Source: an uncultured Gammaproteobacteria bacterium (GTDB taxonomy: Bacteria > Patescibacteriota > Microgenomatia > UBA10105 > UBA927). From it: a stretch of DNA of 57,999 nt. Under the pieces are notes generated by a model. It did not search any database, was not told the origin of the DNA, and worked only from the letters and a program-made list of their open reading frames with translations. The stretch spans positions 5,224-63,222 of the forward strand of contig CAYLQG010000002.1 of NCBI GenBank assembly GCA_964385705.1, given 5' to 3'. Both the position numbers and the translations under genes were made by a program. Positions 28,140 through 37,720 of this stretch are shown in pieces. Each line of letters begins with the position of its first letter. Position 1 is the stretch's first letter.

Positions 28140-29078
28140 TTATTCCTGCAACTCGAGATCAGCATCCCGTTTGTGGAACAATGGAAGAATTGTATATCGG
28201 TGAGCAATAATACCGAACATCCTTAGAACCGCCAATATATATCCCTCAAACATAAGTGCATCGCCCCGGATTAGTGCCTGAACTAGACGAATCGGCGTCC
28301 ATAACGCGTGGACAAACAGGATGCCGGGATCTGTGACGTTTTTCCAAATAAATACAAACTGGTTTCTATATGCGATACGTTTAACCGCCTCCGGCGTAAA
28401 TTCACGCTTAATTTTCCCCTCTTCATGATAATGATGTACAATGCTTTTTGCTTCAAACAGCGTTTTCCAACCGGATTTTCGCGCCCGATACGACAAATCG
28501 ATATCTTCCCAATAAAACGGGTTATATAATGTATCCATTCCGCCGAGGCGATCCCACATTATTTTACGAAATGCCCCGCTGCCCCCTGACACCCATGCTG
28601 TATCCGCTTTATCAATTTCCCCTCTCTGGTGAATGTAGAAACCCCGCTCCCATTTAGCAATTCCCCTGCCGCGAAGCACCTCACGCCCGTTTTCTAAACT
28701 CTTTTCAAGGCATCCGACGGCAAACACATCAGGGTCAGAAAAATGAGATATGAGAGGCTTAAGATACCCCATCTCAGGCTCTACGTCCGTATTAAGAAGA
28801 ATAATAACGTCTCCGCTAGCTCTTGCTACTCCCGAGTTGACGTTTGCGCCAAACCCTTCCCGTTTTGATCGCTCAACGACTTTTACAGTGTGGAAATTTT
28901 TTTTAATATAAGCGACGGATCCGTCGGAAGACATATCGTCTGCAATAATTATCTCTGCATCCGGCGAAGCATTGATAACATTCTGTAAATGCTTCTCCAT
29001 AAGATATACCCCATTCCAATTGGGTATGACGATTGATATTTTAACTTCACGCTTCTTCTGTGGCGGGTGGATACTCAT
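28140..29078 (-). CDS. GT2 glycosyltransferase (WbbL/rhamnosyltransferase-like subgroup)
   Basis: 312 aa. Motifs: ISIVIPNWNGVYLMEKHLQNV...IIIADDMSSDGS, LLNTDVEP and YWEDIDLSYRARKSGW. Confidence 0.8.
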   Translation of the reverse strand: MSIHPPQKKREVKISIVIPNWNGVYLMEKHLQNVINASPDAEIIIADDMSSDGSVAYIKKNFHTVKVVERSKREGFGANVNSGVARASGDVIILLNTDVEPEMGYLKPLISHFSDPDVFAVGCLEKSLENGREVLRGRGIAKWERGFYIHQRGEIDKADTAWVSGGSGAFRKIMWDRLGGMDTLYNPFYWEDIDLSYRARKSGWKTLFEAKSIVHHYHEEGKIKREFTPEAVKRIAYRNQFVFIWKNVTDPGILFVHALWTPIRLVQALIRGDALMFEGYILAVLRMFGIIAHRYTILPLFHKRDADLELQE

Positions 29079-29155
29079 ATATTTCTTTTGTTCTTACCTC
29101 ATGCTATTATCGCATGTAATCACTAGTAAAATAAAGCCATACCGGAAAGACTGAC
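29079..29155. promoter_or_regulatory. divergent intergenic region (promoters presumed)
   Basis: 77-nt spacer between divergent starts at 29078 (-) and 29156 (+). It contains the palindrome CATGC-TATTATC-GCATG (29100-29116) and several -10-like hexamers. No convincing -35/-10 pair. Confidence 0.3.
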
Positions 29156-30433
29156 ATGACGAAACTATTAAAGAATAAATATTTTGTACTTTTGGCAATT
29201 CTATTGATCGCACACATTTTTTTCACCTTTTATAATTTAGAAAAATGGGCATCGTTTAATTGGGATCAGGTTGATAATGCATGGGCTTCATTACGAATAC
29301 TCCTGGCACATAAATATCCGCTCATCGGTATGGTCGCTAAAAATAACAGCGGAATGTATATCGGACCACTTTACTATTATCTCATTGCATTGGTCTATTC
29401 CCTTACCCATCTTGATCCGATTGCATCTCCGATCCTCGCAGGGATAACGAGAATTTTCAGCTTCATTGTAATCGTTATCTATGTGAAGCGTCTATTCAAC
29501 GGGAAAATCGCTCTCATGTCCGCCTATATATACACATTATCGGCATATTTGATCCACTGGGAACGGTCGCAATGGCCCGTAAATTTCATCGCACCATTGT
29601 CTCTTATGATTTTGTATTATTTATTTCAGGTTTCCCAAAATAAGCCTAAGTACTTTATTCACCTTGCCGCTTTGATAGGATTATCGTTCAACCTTCATTT
29701 CACGGCGGTCTTCTATCCGATCATTTTGCTTTTCGCTTTACCGGTTATCCCCTTTCATAAAACGACGTGGAAATACATTGCCGCAGCAGTTGGTATTGGA
29801 ATACTATTCTTCGTTCCACAAATTATATATTACATTCAGAAAACGAACGGACTTCACGCATATTCATCATATTTTCAATCATATTACCATGGCTTTCATG
29901 CGAGAAGAATGTTGCAGCTCGAACATGATGCATTCATAAAATTCCAATCAATTTTAGAAGTATCTTACCCCTTTATAAAAGACTTTGTGATCGTTCTTGT
30001 GCCGATATTTATATTTATTCATTACCGTTCAAAGCAATACGTTTACGCAAAGCAATTATCATATTTTATCGCATTATGGTTTTTCATCCCGTGGATCGTA
30101 TTCACGACATATAGCGGGGAACTGACTGACTATTACTTTTCAACAACTTTATATATAGCCATCGTTATTTTGGCATATCTGAGCGTCTGGACCTGGGATC
30201 GGAAAAATTTACTTTTTCGAATCGCCGTTAGCGCAATCTGGGTGTATTACGGATTTGCGAACATCAGAGCCTTTGCTAACACGAATCCGGGAAATTTAGC
30301 CAGTGATAGAATAATCGCACAAAACGCGGTTGAAAAAGGAAAATATATCGGATTTACGGATGGCGACCCGCAGTCATATCTATATTTCTACTACATTTAT
30401 ATCCGCACCAAACAGCAGCCGTATAAACTTTAG
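29156..30433 (+). CDS. polytopic membrane protein, group D (short form)
   Basis: 425 aa. Motif: FNWDQVDNAWASLRILLAHKYPLIGMVAKNNSGMYIGPLYYYLIALVYSLTHLDPIASP. It aligns with LGDEGRDVLVVMHMIVNHKFTLLGP...GPIYYYFMLPFLWASHLDPVGP of 47500. About 90-110 aa shorter than its paralogs. Confidence 0.55.
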   Translation: MTKLLKNKYFVLLAILLIAHIFFTFYNLEKWASFNWDQVDNAWASLRILLAHKYPLIGMVAKNNSGMYIGPLYYYLIALVYSLTHLDPIASPILAGITRIFSFIVIVIYVKRLFNGKIALMSAYIYTLSAYLIHWERSQWPVNFIAPLSLMILYYLFQVSQNKPKYFIHLAALIGLSFNLHFTAVFYPIILLFALPVIPFHKTTWKYIAAAVGIGILFFVPQIIYYIQKTNGLHAYSSYFQSYYHGFHARRMLQLEHDAFIKFQSILEVSYPFIKDFVIVLVPIFIFIHYRSKQYVYAKQLSYFIALWFFIPWIVFTTYSGELTDYYFSTTLYIAIVILAYLSVWTWDRKNLLFRIAVSAIWVYYGFANIRAFANTNPGNLASDRIIAQNAVEKGKYIGFTDGDPQSYLYFYYIYIRTKQQPYKL

Positions 30434-32691
30434 TCATATTCAATGACTACGCTATGCCGCCCGGCGGGAACTTGAATGCCCATGAAGATATAATTCGTAC
30501 GGTATATCGGGGTACTCATTCCGTCAACTGTTGCTCTCCATCCGGCGTCAAATATATTACCAATCACTAACAATCGTTTTTGCTCCACAGCTGCGTCAAC
30601 GACAATTTTATTATTATCATAGGCCCGTATAAATACAAACTCGTCCAACGTCAAAGGCGTATCCAATACGTCCACTGGATACTCAACGACGGCAGAGTAT
30701 CTGAGATCAAATTCAGGGCTATACAATTGATTCATAATATCCTGTTTATTCGTCTTATACACAACTCGTTCGACCAAATACGCTCTCGGCATGACACGGG
30801 TATCTTCATATACTGACAGAGGACCCTCCTCAAACACTTTATGAAAATCCGGCTCGGGAAGTTCGTTATAAGATAATATAAAACGAATACCAAGCAAGGA
30901 AAAAAGAGGTGAATGTGTGTTTTTAGGCACAATGATCCGATTAAACCCGAAGGGAGGATTAATATTAGGCACTCCCCTCTCCATCGCGGCTATAAACTCT
31001 TCATAACGTGAAGAGTAGAGCGGATCGTATCCGTTTATAGATTCAATACCGTAAAACTCATTAACGTTAGGAGGAAATATTTTGTCGTCGGTTGTCATGA
31101 TACGAAAGGGTTTCGACTGTTTCTCCAGGAATGAAATCGTTTTCGTCGTCGGGAAAAAATATGAGGTGTTTGTGAATGGTGTAAATTTCCATCCAAATCG
31201 CAAAAGGTCAATAACAGTCATTAGAATGATGAGTACTGTCAACAATATTGAAGCATATTTTCTCCTGTTGAAACATATAAAAGTAAGTATAAATATGAGC
31301 GCTGATCCGACAATCATTATCGCGGGCATGACAAGGTTCCGTTTTACAATAATGACCTTATCAAGAGGAATGTTGAATAGTTTCGGAGCAATAACGCTGA
31401 GTCCTAAAATACCCATAAGAACGAACATGACGGAAAAACACAAGAGAACGTGTTTTTTCTTTACCGGTTTTGCAATGTTTGATAATCCGTAAGCCGCAAG
31501 AATTGAAAGACAATAGTCTACAATAACTAAAAGTCTGGTTGGTTGTAGAGATGAAATTAACGGAATTCGCAGTTGATATGGTAAAAATGATATCGGCGAC
31601 GCAACAGCAAAAAGTAACCCAACTACAAGCATGACGACCCAGAAAATAGTTTCTGATCCTATCCCGATGAAAGCCATTAATAAGCCGGAAACTCCTATAT
31701 AACCGACCATTTCTCCATAGTTCCACGTCCCCCAATAATTAAGTGTTGCAGGATTCCCAAAATAATCCGGCGCTAAGAATTGAGCAAGGTGGTGAAAAGG
31801 AATAAAGAATCCATCCGTTTTCCAGGCTGAGGCGTCAAACAGCCTGCTTGTCTGCGGCAACCATTCTATAATATGGAGCAGTTGCGGCGCGGTAAGAATA
31901 TAGATTACGCAAAATCCGATGAGATATAAATATATATTCTTCAATGAAAACGCACGCCGATAGAACCATAACATATAGAACAGAGAGAACATAAGGCTGT
32001 ATATGAATATCTGGATGTGTCCTGCGAAAAACGAACATACGATCGATAATCCCGCTATAATAACCCAAAGTACCTTACGCTTCTCATCTTTTTCAAATAT
32101 TCTATCGATCGCAAGGAGCGTGAGAGGTGTCCAGAGCCATGTCGAAATCATCGTTCCCCACGTCAACCATGCAATGGAAAATCCGGAAAAAGAAAAACAA
32201 ATAGCGCCGAAAAATGCCGGTCCGTAATGTAATTTTTTATGACGCAGGAATATATATAAAAAAATACCGGATAATAAAGGCTGACTTATGATGAGTAGTG
32301 TCCATGCGATAAAAAAAGGAAACATCAGAAAAAATATATTGAGAGGATACAAGGCTCCGCTTTGAATATTAGCGAAGAGCGGCGTGCCTGAAAATGAATA
32401 CGGATTCCATAACCCAACCTTCCCCCGCCGCAATGAGTCAATAATAGTTTTCCGCCAAGGAATCTGCTGGCGGATAGGATCTGTAATAAGAAAATTTTTA
32501 AACGGAATACCGTTTGGATATTGATTCGCGTAGGACTCCCGATACGGTGAATATAAACCAACAAGAGTATCTGTAGGAACGGGGATTTTCCCAAAAATTA
32601 ATGTTTGATAAAAAAATAATCCAACGAGAATTGTATAGAGACAAATGAAAATCCAATCCCAATAACGTTCTCCGCGCAATAATAATCTCAT
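30430..32691 (-). CDS. YfhO-family membrane glycosyltransferase (GT-C), lacking the terminal TM helix
   Basis: 753 aa. Motif: VPTDTLVGLYSPYRE...TDPIRQQIPWRKTIIDSLRRGKVGLWNPYSFSGTPLFANIQSGALYPLN. It ends at FDAGWRATVDGMSTPIYRTNYIFMGIQVPAGRHSVVIEYD-stop. Confidence 0.75.
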   Translation of the reverse strand: MRLLLRGERYWDWIFICLYTILVGLFFYQTLIFGKIPVPTDTLVGLYSPYRESYANQYPNGIPFKNFLITDPIRQQIPWRKTIIDSLRRGKVGLWNPYSFSGTPLFANIQSGALYPLNIFFLMFPFFIAWTLLIISQPLLSGIFLYIFLRHKKLHYGPAFFGAICFSFSGFSIAWLTWGTMISTWLWTPLTLLAIDRIFEKDEKRKVLWVIIAGLSIVCSFFAGHIQIFIYSLMFSLFYMLWFYRRAFSLKNIYLYLIGFCVIYILTAPQLLHIIEWLPQTSRLFDASAWKTDGFFIPFHHLAQFLAPDYFGNPATLNYWGTWNYGEMVGYIGVSGLLMAFIGIGSETIFWVVMLVVGLLFAVASPISFLPYQLRIPLISSLQPTRLLVIVDYCLSILAAYGLSNIAKPVKKKHVLLCFSVMFVLMGILGLSVIAPKLFNIPLDKVIIVKRNLVMPAIMIVGSALIFILTFICFNRRKYASILLTVLIILMTVIDLLRFGWKFTPFTNTSYFFPTTKTISFLEKQSKPFRIMTTDDKIFPPNVNEFYGIESINGYDPLYSSRYEEFIAAMERGVPNINPPFGFNRIIVPKNTHSPLFSLLGIRFILSYNELPEPDFHKVFEEGPLSVYEDTRVMPRAYLVERVVYKTNKQDIMNQLYSPEFDLRYSAVVEYPVDVLDTPLTLDEFVFIRAYDNNKIVVDAAVEQKRLLVIGNIFDAGWRATVDGMSTPIYRTNYIFMGIQVPAGRHSVVIEYD

Positions 32692-32696
32692 ATATA

Positions 32697-33752
32697 TTAA
32701 TGTGGCCTGTTTATATCTGACAATAGTGCATCAAATGCATTATCGAACCGTTCAGTTGAATATCTCTTCGCATCTTTAAGCGCCTCTTTACTCAATGAAT
32801 CCCGTAGATCTATATTGAGAATAACCCGTTTGGTTTCATTACACAATTCTTCTGTCGTACTCCATAATAATCCGTTTTTGTTGTGAACAATTATTTCAGA
32901 CTGTCCTCCCCCGTCAAATACGATGGGCACCGCCCCCGCCGCCATGGCTTCAACGGTCGTTATACCGAAATGTTCCATATGTTCCGGTTTTATTTCGCCG
33001 TAGCCGGCTGCATGCCAATAGACGGAGGCGGCACCATACAAATTACGGAGTTTTTCATATGAAGAATTAGGATAAAATTCAACAGGCAATCCCTTGGCCT
33101 TCAGTTTGAGTGACTTGAAATAGTCGCTATCATTGGGCATTAATCCTCCGGCAATGATCAGTTTCCACCCTTTTAACGACTGATTCTTATATAATATCCG
33201 GAATGCTTCGATGAGAACATCATACTTCTTAGCGGTGTAATGCCCGCTAAATCTTCCGACAGACAGTATCGTTTTTGACTTTCTGCCTAGATGTATAGCG
33301 CTTGTGTCGACCGGCGGATAAATGACCGATCTTGGAATAGTGAGATGACTGTCAAGGTGTTTTTTCGTAAATTCTGAATTACACACGATCCTCTGATACC
33401 GTAACATCTTCCAAAAAGGGATGGATATATGAGCAAAAGGTACCTGAAAATGCAGGATATTATATTTAGCGGCCGATGAGGCGATGCTACCGTCGCTAAG
33501 AAAAAACATAAGATCGTATGATCTTGTCGTCATAAGTTTCTGAATAATATTCCCAGACTGAAATACATTGGGAACGGCACTTACATCATGAAGATCAAGG
33601 TTAAATCTCGTCTGAGCTTTGGACAGAATTTGATCATCGTTCCAGAATATATCAACATGATGAGCCTTAGACCAGTGCGCGGCCAGCGTAAATACATAGC
33701 GCTCCCCGCCTCCTAAGGAATCCAGATACGGACTGTATATGCCGATCCTCAT
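32697..33752 (-). CDS. GT4 glycosyltransferase (Glycos_transf_1)
   Basis: 351 aa. Motif: MRIGIYSPYLDSLGGGERYV...EHFGITTVEAMAAGAVPIVFDGGG (E-x7-E). ATGA overlap with the upstream stop (33749-33752). Confidence 0.85.
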   Translation of the reverse strand: MRIGIYSPYLDSLGGGERYVFTLAAHWSKAHHVDIFWNDDQILSKAQTRFNLDLHDVSAVPNVFQSGNIIQKLMTTRSYDLMFFLSDGSIASSAAKYNILHFQVPFAHISIPFWKMLRYQRIVCNSEFTKKHLDSHLTIPRSVIYPPVDTSAIHLGRKSKTILSVGRFSGHYTAKKYDVLIEAFRILYKNQSLKGWKLIIAGGLMPNDSDYFKSLKLKAKGLPVEFYPNSSYEKLRNLYGAASVYWHAAGYGEIKPEHMEHFGITTVEAMAAGAVPIVFDGGGQSEIIVHNKNGLLWSTTEELCNETKRVILNIDLRDSLSKEALKDAKRYSTERFDNAFDALLSDINRPH

Positions 33753-36058
33753 ACAATAGTTATAAACAATACTCCTAAAACGATGATGACTAGACCTATC
33801 GCTGCAAAAATAAATCCTATATGAAGACTTCGCGGGGAGTAGAAAAACTGGATAATATGGTTACCCTTTGGGAGAGAAGCTGCACGAAAATCGTAGTCAG
33901 CACGATACAGCGGAGCGGGCTTTCCGTCAATCGAAACATGCCACCCCTCATCATAAACGTCCGATAAAAAAAGAAGTTTCGGAACTGCCGATGATGTTTT
34001 AATAATCACGCGATTAGGCTCATATGACAGAATATCTGTTGACCCAGACCCTTTTTCTGGATCAAATGGCGGCTTTTTCTCCAAAACTAGTGTTTCTCTT
34101 AGGTCGAAATTCTTGTTGAATAGTGTCTTTATGATGGATTGGTCGTCCTTTTCGATAGTATATGATGAGGCTAAAAAAGCACGGGGATACGCCTTCTCAT
34201 ATTCCAGTATTTCATACTCATTATCCCGATAAATTTGTCTCATTGATGAATCTGACAGATATTCCCAATACGGAAATGCCCAAACGTTCCTTCCGTCACT
34301 TAGCCGGTCATAAATATACCGTACACCCAATAATTGCAGAATTTCCGATTTGTATTTTCCGTGCTTATCAAATAAGACAACCGATCTGGTTCCCTGGGAA
34401 ATTTGGCCGTTTGAGGATGCGTTTATTAACTCCGCATACCGGCCCTGATAGAGAGCATCGTATCCTTCAATGAGAGGCAAACGGAACATACCTCCGACTT
34501 CATTTCCGATATTTCCCATTACCCTGTCATTTCCCACTTTCGACTGAAGAAAGGTTAGTGACTTTTCCGGTGGGTAAATAAACTGACGCGGGTCAAACGG
34601 CATCCACTTTGAGGCATACCGATACGAATCAAAAAGAACGAGACCAACAATACAAGTCACCGCAACTGCACGGATATATTTCCGTCTCATCGACCCGATA
34701 AGCATGAGTGCAATTGTCACGATAGAAAATAATGTCGGCAGAACTAAATTTCTTTTCGCGATTGCCAATTTATCAATCTGCATTGGTTTCCCGAACAATA
34801 CAATAATCCACAGTATTGTAATAATAGTAAAAAGTACTGCTAAAAAAATTGCCGGCGCGCGCTTATTAGAACGCCAATATTCTGTAAGGTCATCAAATCC
34901 GTAGGAAGCGAGTACTGCCAAAGAAAAACTGACTAATACGATAATTCTTGACGCTGCGCTTGTTGAGATAGCCGGTATTTTCAGCCAAAATAAAAGATCG
35001 TTGAACGGCGTCGGATAGGCCAATACTATCGAAAGAAGTCCGAGGGTAATAAAAAATTTCTTGTCCGCCTTAATATTCCTAACAATCCCGTATAGCGCCA
35101 ATACGAGGGGCGCGATACCGATATATGAGGACCACTCGGCATAATGACCGAACCAATCGTTTCTCGTCACCGGGTTACCGAAAAAATCCGGTGCAAAAAC
35201 CGTAATCAAATATCGCCAGGGGATAACTTCCACTTTTACGAAGCTTGCGCTACGGGTGGACGCTTTGTATGCGTCAAAAGTCAAAAGTAACTGAGGTGCC
35301 GCAAGAAGCAATCCGCAGCCGCTATAAAGAAGAAGCACAATTCCTTCGTTCCATCGACGGGTTTGTAACGATTTATACATGATATAGAGAACGACCGTGA
35401 CGATTACATAGATACTGATCTGGAAATGACCGGAAACGAATGATAGTGCGACACTCACGGGAAGAACGATACGGGTAAAACGTGATTTCTTTATGAAGTC
35501 AGAGGCGACAGCCCAAAGTGACCATGGAAGAAAAGCTATAGCGTACGCCAGAGTACCGTACGCCATCCATGTCGTCATAAACCCGCAGAACATAAATCCC
35601 ACGGCTCCGATGAGCGCTCCTGTTTTTGACCGTGAAAGTCTCCGGATAAACAGATACATGCCGATGCCGGCAACGAGAGGTTGCAAAAGGATAAGGACGC
35701 TCCATGCGTCAACAAACGGAAGAATGAAAAACAATAGATTCATCGGAGAAAATACTGCAGACTGGTAATTGGCCGCAAGAGGTGTCCCTGAGAAACTGTA
35801 CGGATTCCATAGAGGTATAGCTCCGCTCTTCCATGTATCAATGGTGAGTTTTTTCCACGGAAATATCTGTGTTATCACATCCGGCATGGCGTTATTCTTA
35901 ACCGGCATTCCGTTTGTAGCATTCCATGGGGCAAAAAATGATACGAGATAGGTAGAGGAAAACGGAATTAATCCCCGGACGAAATATGGCGAGGAAAATG
36001 CAAACCAAATAAGAATAATAACGAGGATTGCCCAAAATCGTTGAACGATCTGTTTCAT
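33749..36058 (-). CDS. YfhO-family membrane glycosyltransferase (GT-C)
   Basis: The ORF track starts at 36085. The ATG at 36058 (MKQIVQRFWAIL...) gives an ATGA overlap with the upstream stop at 36055. Motif: PDVITQIFPWKKLTIDTWKSGAIPLWNPYSFSGTPLAANYQSAVFSPMN. C-terminal YDEGWHVSIDGKPAPLYRADYDFRAASLPKGNHIIQFFY plus a terminal TM helix. Confidence 0.75.
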   Translation of the reverse strand: MKQIVQRFWAILVIILIWFAFSSPYFVRGLIPFSSTYLVSFFAPWNATNGMPVKNNAMPDVITQIFPWKKLTIDTWKSGAIPLWNPYSFSGTPLAANYQSAVFSPMNLLFFILPFVDAWSVLILLQPLVAGIGMYLFIRRLSRSKTGALIGAVGFMFCGFMTTWMAYGTLAYAIAFLPWSLWAVASDFIKKSRFTRIVLPVSVALSFVSGHFQISIYVIVTVVLYIMYKSLQTRRWNEGIVLLLYSGCGLLLAAPQLLLTFDAYKASTRSASFVKVEVIPWRYLITVFAPDFFGNPVTRNDWFGHYAEWSSYIGIAPLVLALYGIVRNIKADKKFFITLGLLSIVLAYPTPFNDLLFWLKIPAISTSAASRIIVLVSFSLAVLASYGFDDLTEYWRSNKRAPAIFLAVLFTIITILWIIVLFGKPMQIDKLAIAKRNLVLPTLFSIVTIALMLIGSMRRKYIRAVAVTCIVGLVLFDSYRYASKWMPFDPRQFIYPPEKSLTFLQSKVGNDRVMGNIGNEVGGMFRLPLIEGYDALYQGRYAELINASSNGQISQGTRSVVLFDKHGKYKSEILQLLGVRYIYDRLSDGRNVWAFPYWEYLSDSSMRQIYRDNEYEILEYEKAYPRAFLASSYTIEKDDQSIIKTLFNKNFDLRETLVLEKKPPFDPEKGSGSTDILSYEPNRVIIKTSSAVPKLLFLSDVYDEGWHVSIDGKPAPLYRADYDFRAASLPKGNHIIQFFYSPRSLHIGFIFAAIGLVIIVLGVLFITIV

Positions 36059-36810
36059 GATTTCCCTTTGTTTTGCAGTTCCCACAGTTTCGCGTACGTG
36101 ATAAACATACTGAACGCCTGATACGTGCTCTCAATGAAACCAACGGTACCCGCCTTCCAGCCTCCCTGTTTGACAAAAGAATCAAAAAAAGCGGTCATCA
36201 TGACGCGGATAAGGCGCCACCACGAAATCATTGGGTGACGGTCGTCAAAACGTAGCTTCGCTTCCGAATCCGACCATTCGTTTGTTTTATCAACCATCTC
36301 CTCAAGTGTTCTGTGCGTTGTATGGATAAAATAATTATGAAGCGTTGAAACAGACCCCTTAATGACTGCGTGCTCATGCAAAATACCCTCCCAACGGATC
36401 AATGAATCCTTCTGCATCAACCGAACCATACCATCTTTAGTCGGCCACAACGACCCGAGATAATAATTCTGCCGGGGAATAAAATACGCGCTTGCGGCGT
36501 GTGCATCGGTAATTTTGTTCGTAATTTCTTCATGAAGCGTTGGTGGAACCAATTCATCTGCATCTACATAAAGAAGCCATACGCCACGGGCAGTGTTCGC
36601 CCCGTCATTACGAAGCGAAGAAAAATCATTATTGCAGGCATTTATGACCGTTGCCCCTAATTTTTCTGCTATTGCGGCTGTTTCATCCGTTGAACCGTTA
36701 TCCACGACGATGCACTCATCTGCCCATGAAAGGCTTTGTAAGCATCGTTCTAATCGTTTTGCCTCATTTTTGGCAATAATAATCGCACTAAGAAATATTC
36801 TTCTTTTCAT
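36055..36810 (-). CDS. GT2 glycosyltransferase (WaaE/KdtX-like subgroup)
   Basis: The ORF-track start at 36822 is a TTG. The first ATG is at 36810 (MKRRIFLSAIIIAKNEAKRLERCLQSLSWADECIVVDNGSTDETAAIA). The YVDADE motif is present. It overlaps the upstream gene's 3' end by 23 nt. Confidence 0.8.
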   Translation of the reverse strand: MKRRIFLSAIIIAKNEAKRLERCLQSLSWADECIVVDNGSTDETAAIAEKLGATVINACNNDFSSLRNDGANTARGVWLLYVDADELVPPTLHEEITNKITDAHAASAYFIPRQNYYLGSLWPTKDGMVRLMQKDSLIRWEGILHEHAVIKGSVSTLHNYFIHTTHRTLEEMVDKTNEWSDSEAKLRFDDRHPMISWWRLIRVMMTAFFDSFVKQGGWKAGTVGFIESTYQAFSMFITYAKLWELQNKGKS

Positions 36811-37720
36811 ATTGTTTTCCAAATTTTCCGGTCAGAGCATCAAGAACGGCTTTCTTTCTTAAAGGCGCCTTTCCGAATATAAATCGGGCTCCCTCCCGTA
36901 GAAGAGCCACTTTTGTCCTCAGGGGAGCATATCTGAGACCAAACAACAATCTATTTCGGGTAAAATAATACTCATGCAAAGGGTTTCCGGGCCGCCCGGA
37001 TGAACCTGCATTAACATGCCAGACGATGGATGTGGGTGCGTACAATGTCTTATAACCGGCTTTTTGAATTCTGAGACTCCAATCCAAATCCTCTAAATAA
37101 AGATAATACGCATCATCAAGTATGCCGACTTTTCGAACAACTTCACTGCGGACGATAAACGAACAGCCGGTGATAAATGGCGTCTCAACCGGCCGATCAT
37201 ACTGACCATGATCAACTTCATCAACTCCACGGTGCGACGCATACATATTATCCCAATCGACAAGCCCGCCTGCGTACCAAAACACCCTTCCCCGCTCGTC
37301 TTTGGTATATCGGTCGTTATGATACTCGCGGCCTGGTGCAAAGTAAATTTTACTGCCACAGGCACCTACTTTCGGGTCATCGAAAACGTCCAAAAAAGAT
37401 AAAACGTTTTTATCCACTATGGTATCGTTATTCAAAAGCCACACGAAGTCCGCATTGTGTGCTAAGGCATACTGTATACCGACGTTATTTCCGCCGGTAA
37501 AGCCTAAATTCGAACCGGTCGGGATTATGTGAATCCACGGAAATCTTGATTGAAAATACACCACGGAATCATCAGACGATCCATTATCAACGACGAGAAC
37601 ATGCATTTCATTGCCGTGACGCGTCACGCGTCGAAGAGAATTTAGACAGGCCTCTGTGTCTTTTTTTCCGTTCCAATTAACAATGACGATGTATATGCAT
37701 AAACCGGTTGTTGGTTTCAT
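36788..37720 (-). CDS. GT2 glycosyltransferase (WbbL/rhamnosyltransferase-like subgroup)
   Basis: 310 aa. Motifs: IVIVNWNGKKDTEACLNSLRRV...VLVVDNGSSDDS, LLNNDT and YLEDLDWSLRIQKAGY. ATGA overlap with the upstream stop (37717-37720). Confidence 0.8.
   Translation of the reverse strand: MKPTTGLCIYIVIVNWNGKKDTEACLNSLRRVTRHGNEMHVLVVDNGSSDDSVVYFQSRFPWIHIIPTGSNLGFTGGNNVGIQYALAHNADFVWLLNNDTIVDKNVLSFLDVFDDPKVGACGSKIYFAPGREYHNDRYTKDERGRVFWYAGGLVDWDNMYASHRGVDEVDHGQYDRPVETPFITGCSFIVRSEVVRKVGILDDAYYLYLEDLDWSLRIQKAGYKTLYAPTSIVWHVNAGSSGRPGNPLHEYYFTRNRLLFGLRYAPLRTKVALLREGARFIFGKAPLRKKAVLDALTGKFGKQYEKKNIS

Noticed and set aside
29100-29116. Palindrome CATGC-TATTATC-GCATG in the divergent spacer, considered as a possible operator or terminator.
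   Set aside because: It is only a 5-bp stem in AT-rich DNA, with no U-tract and no second copy in the window. It is mentioned only within the regulatory-region feature.
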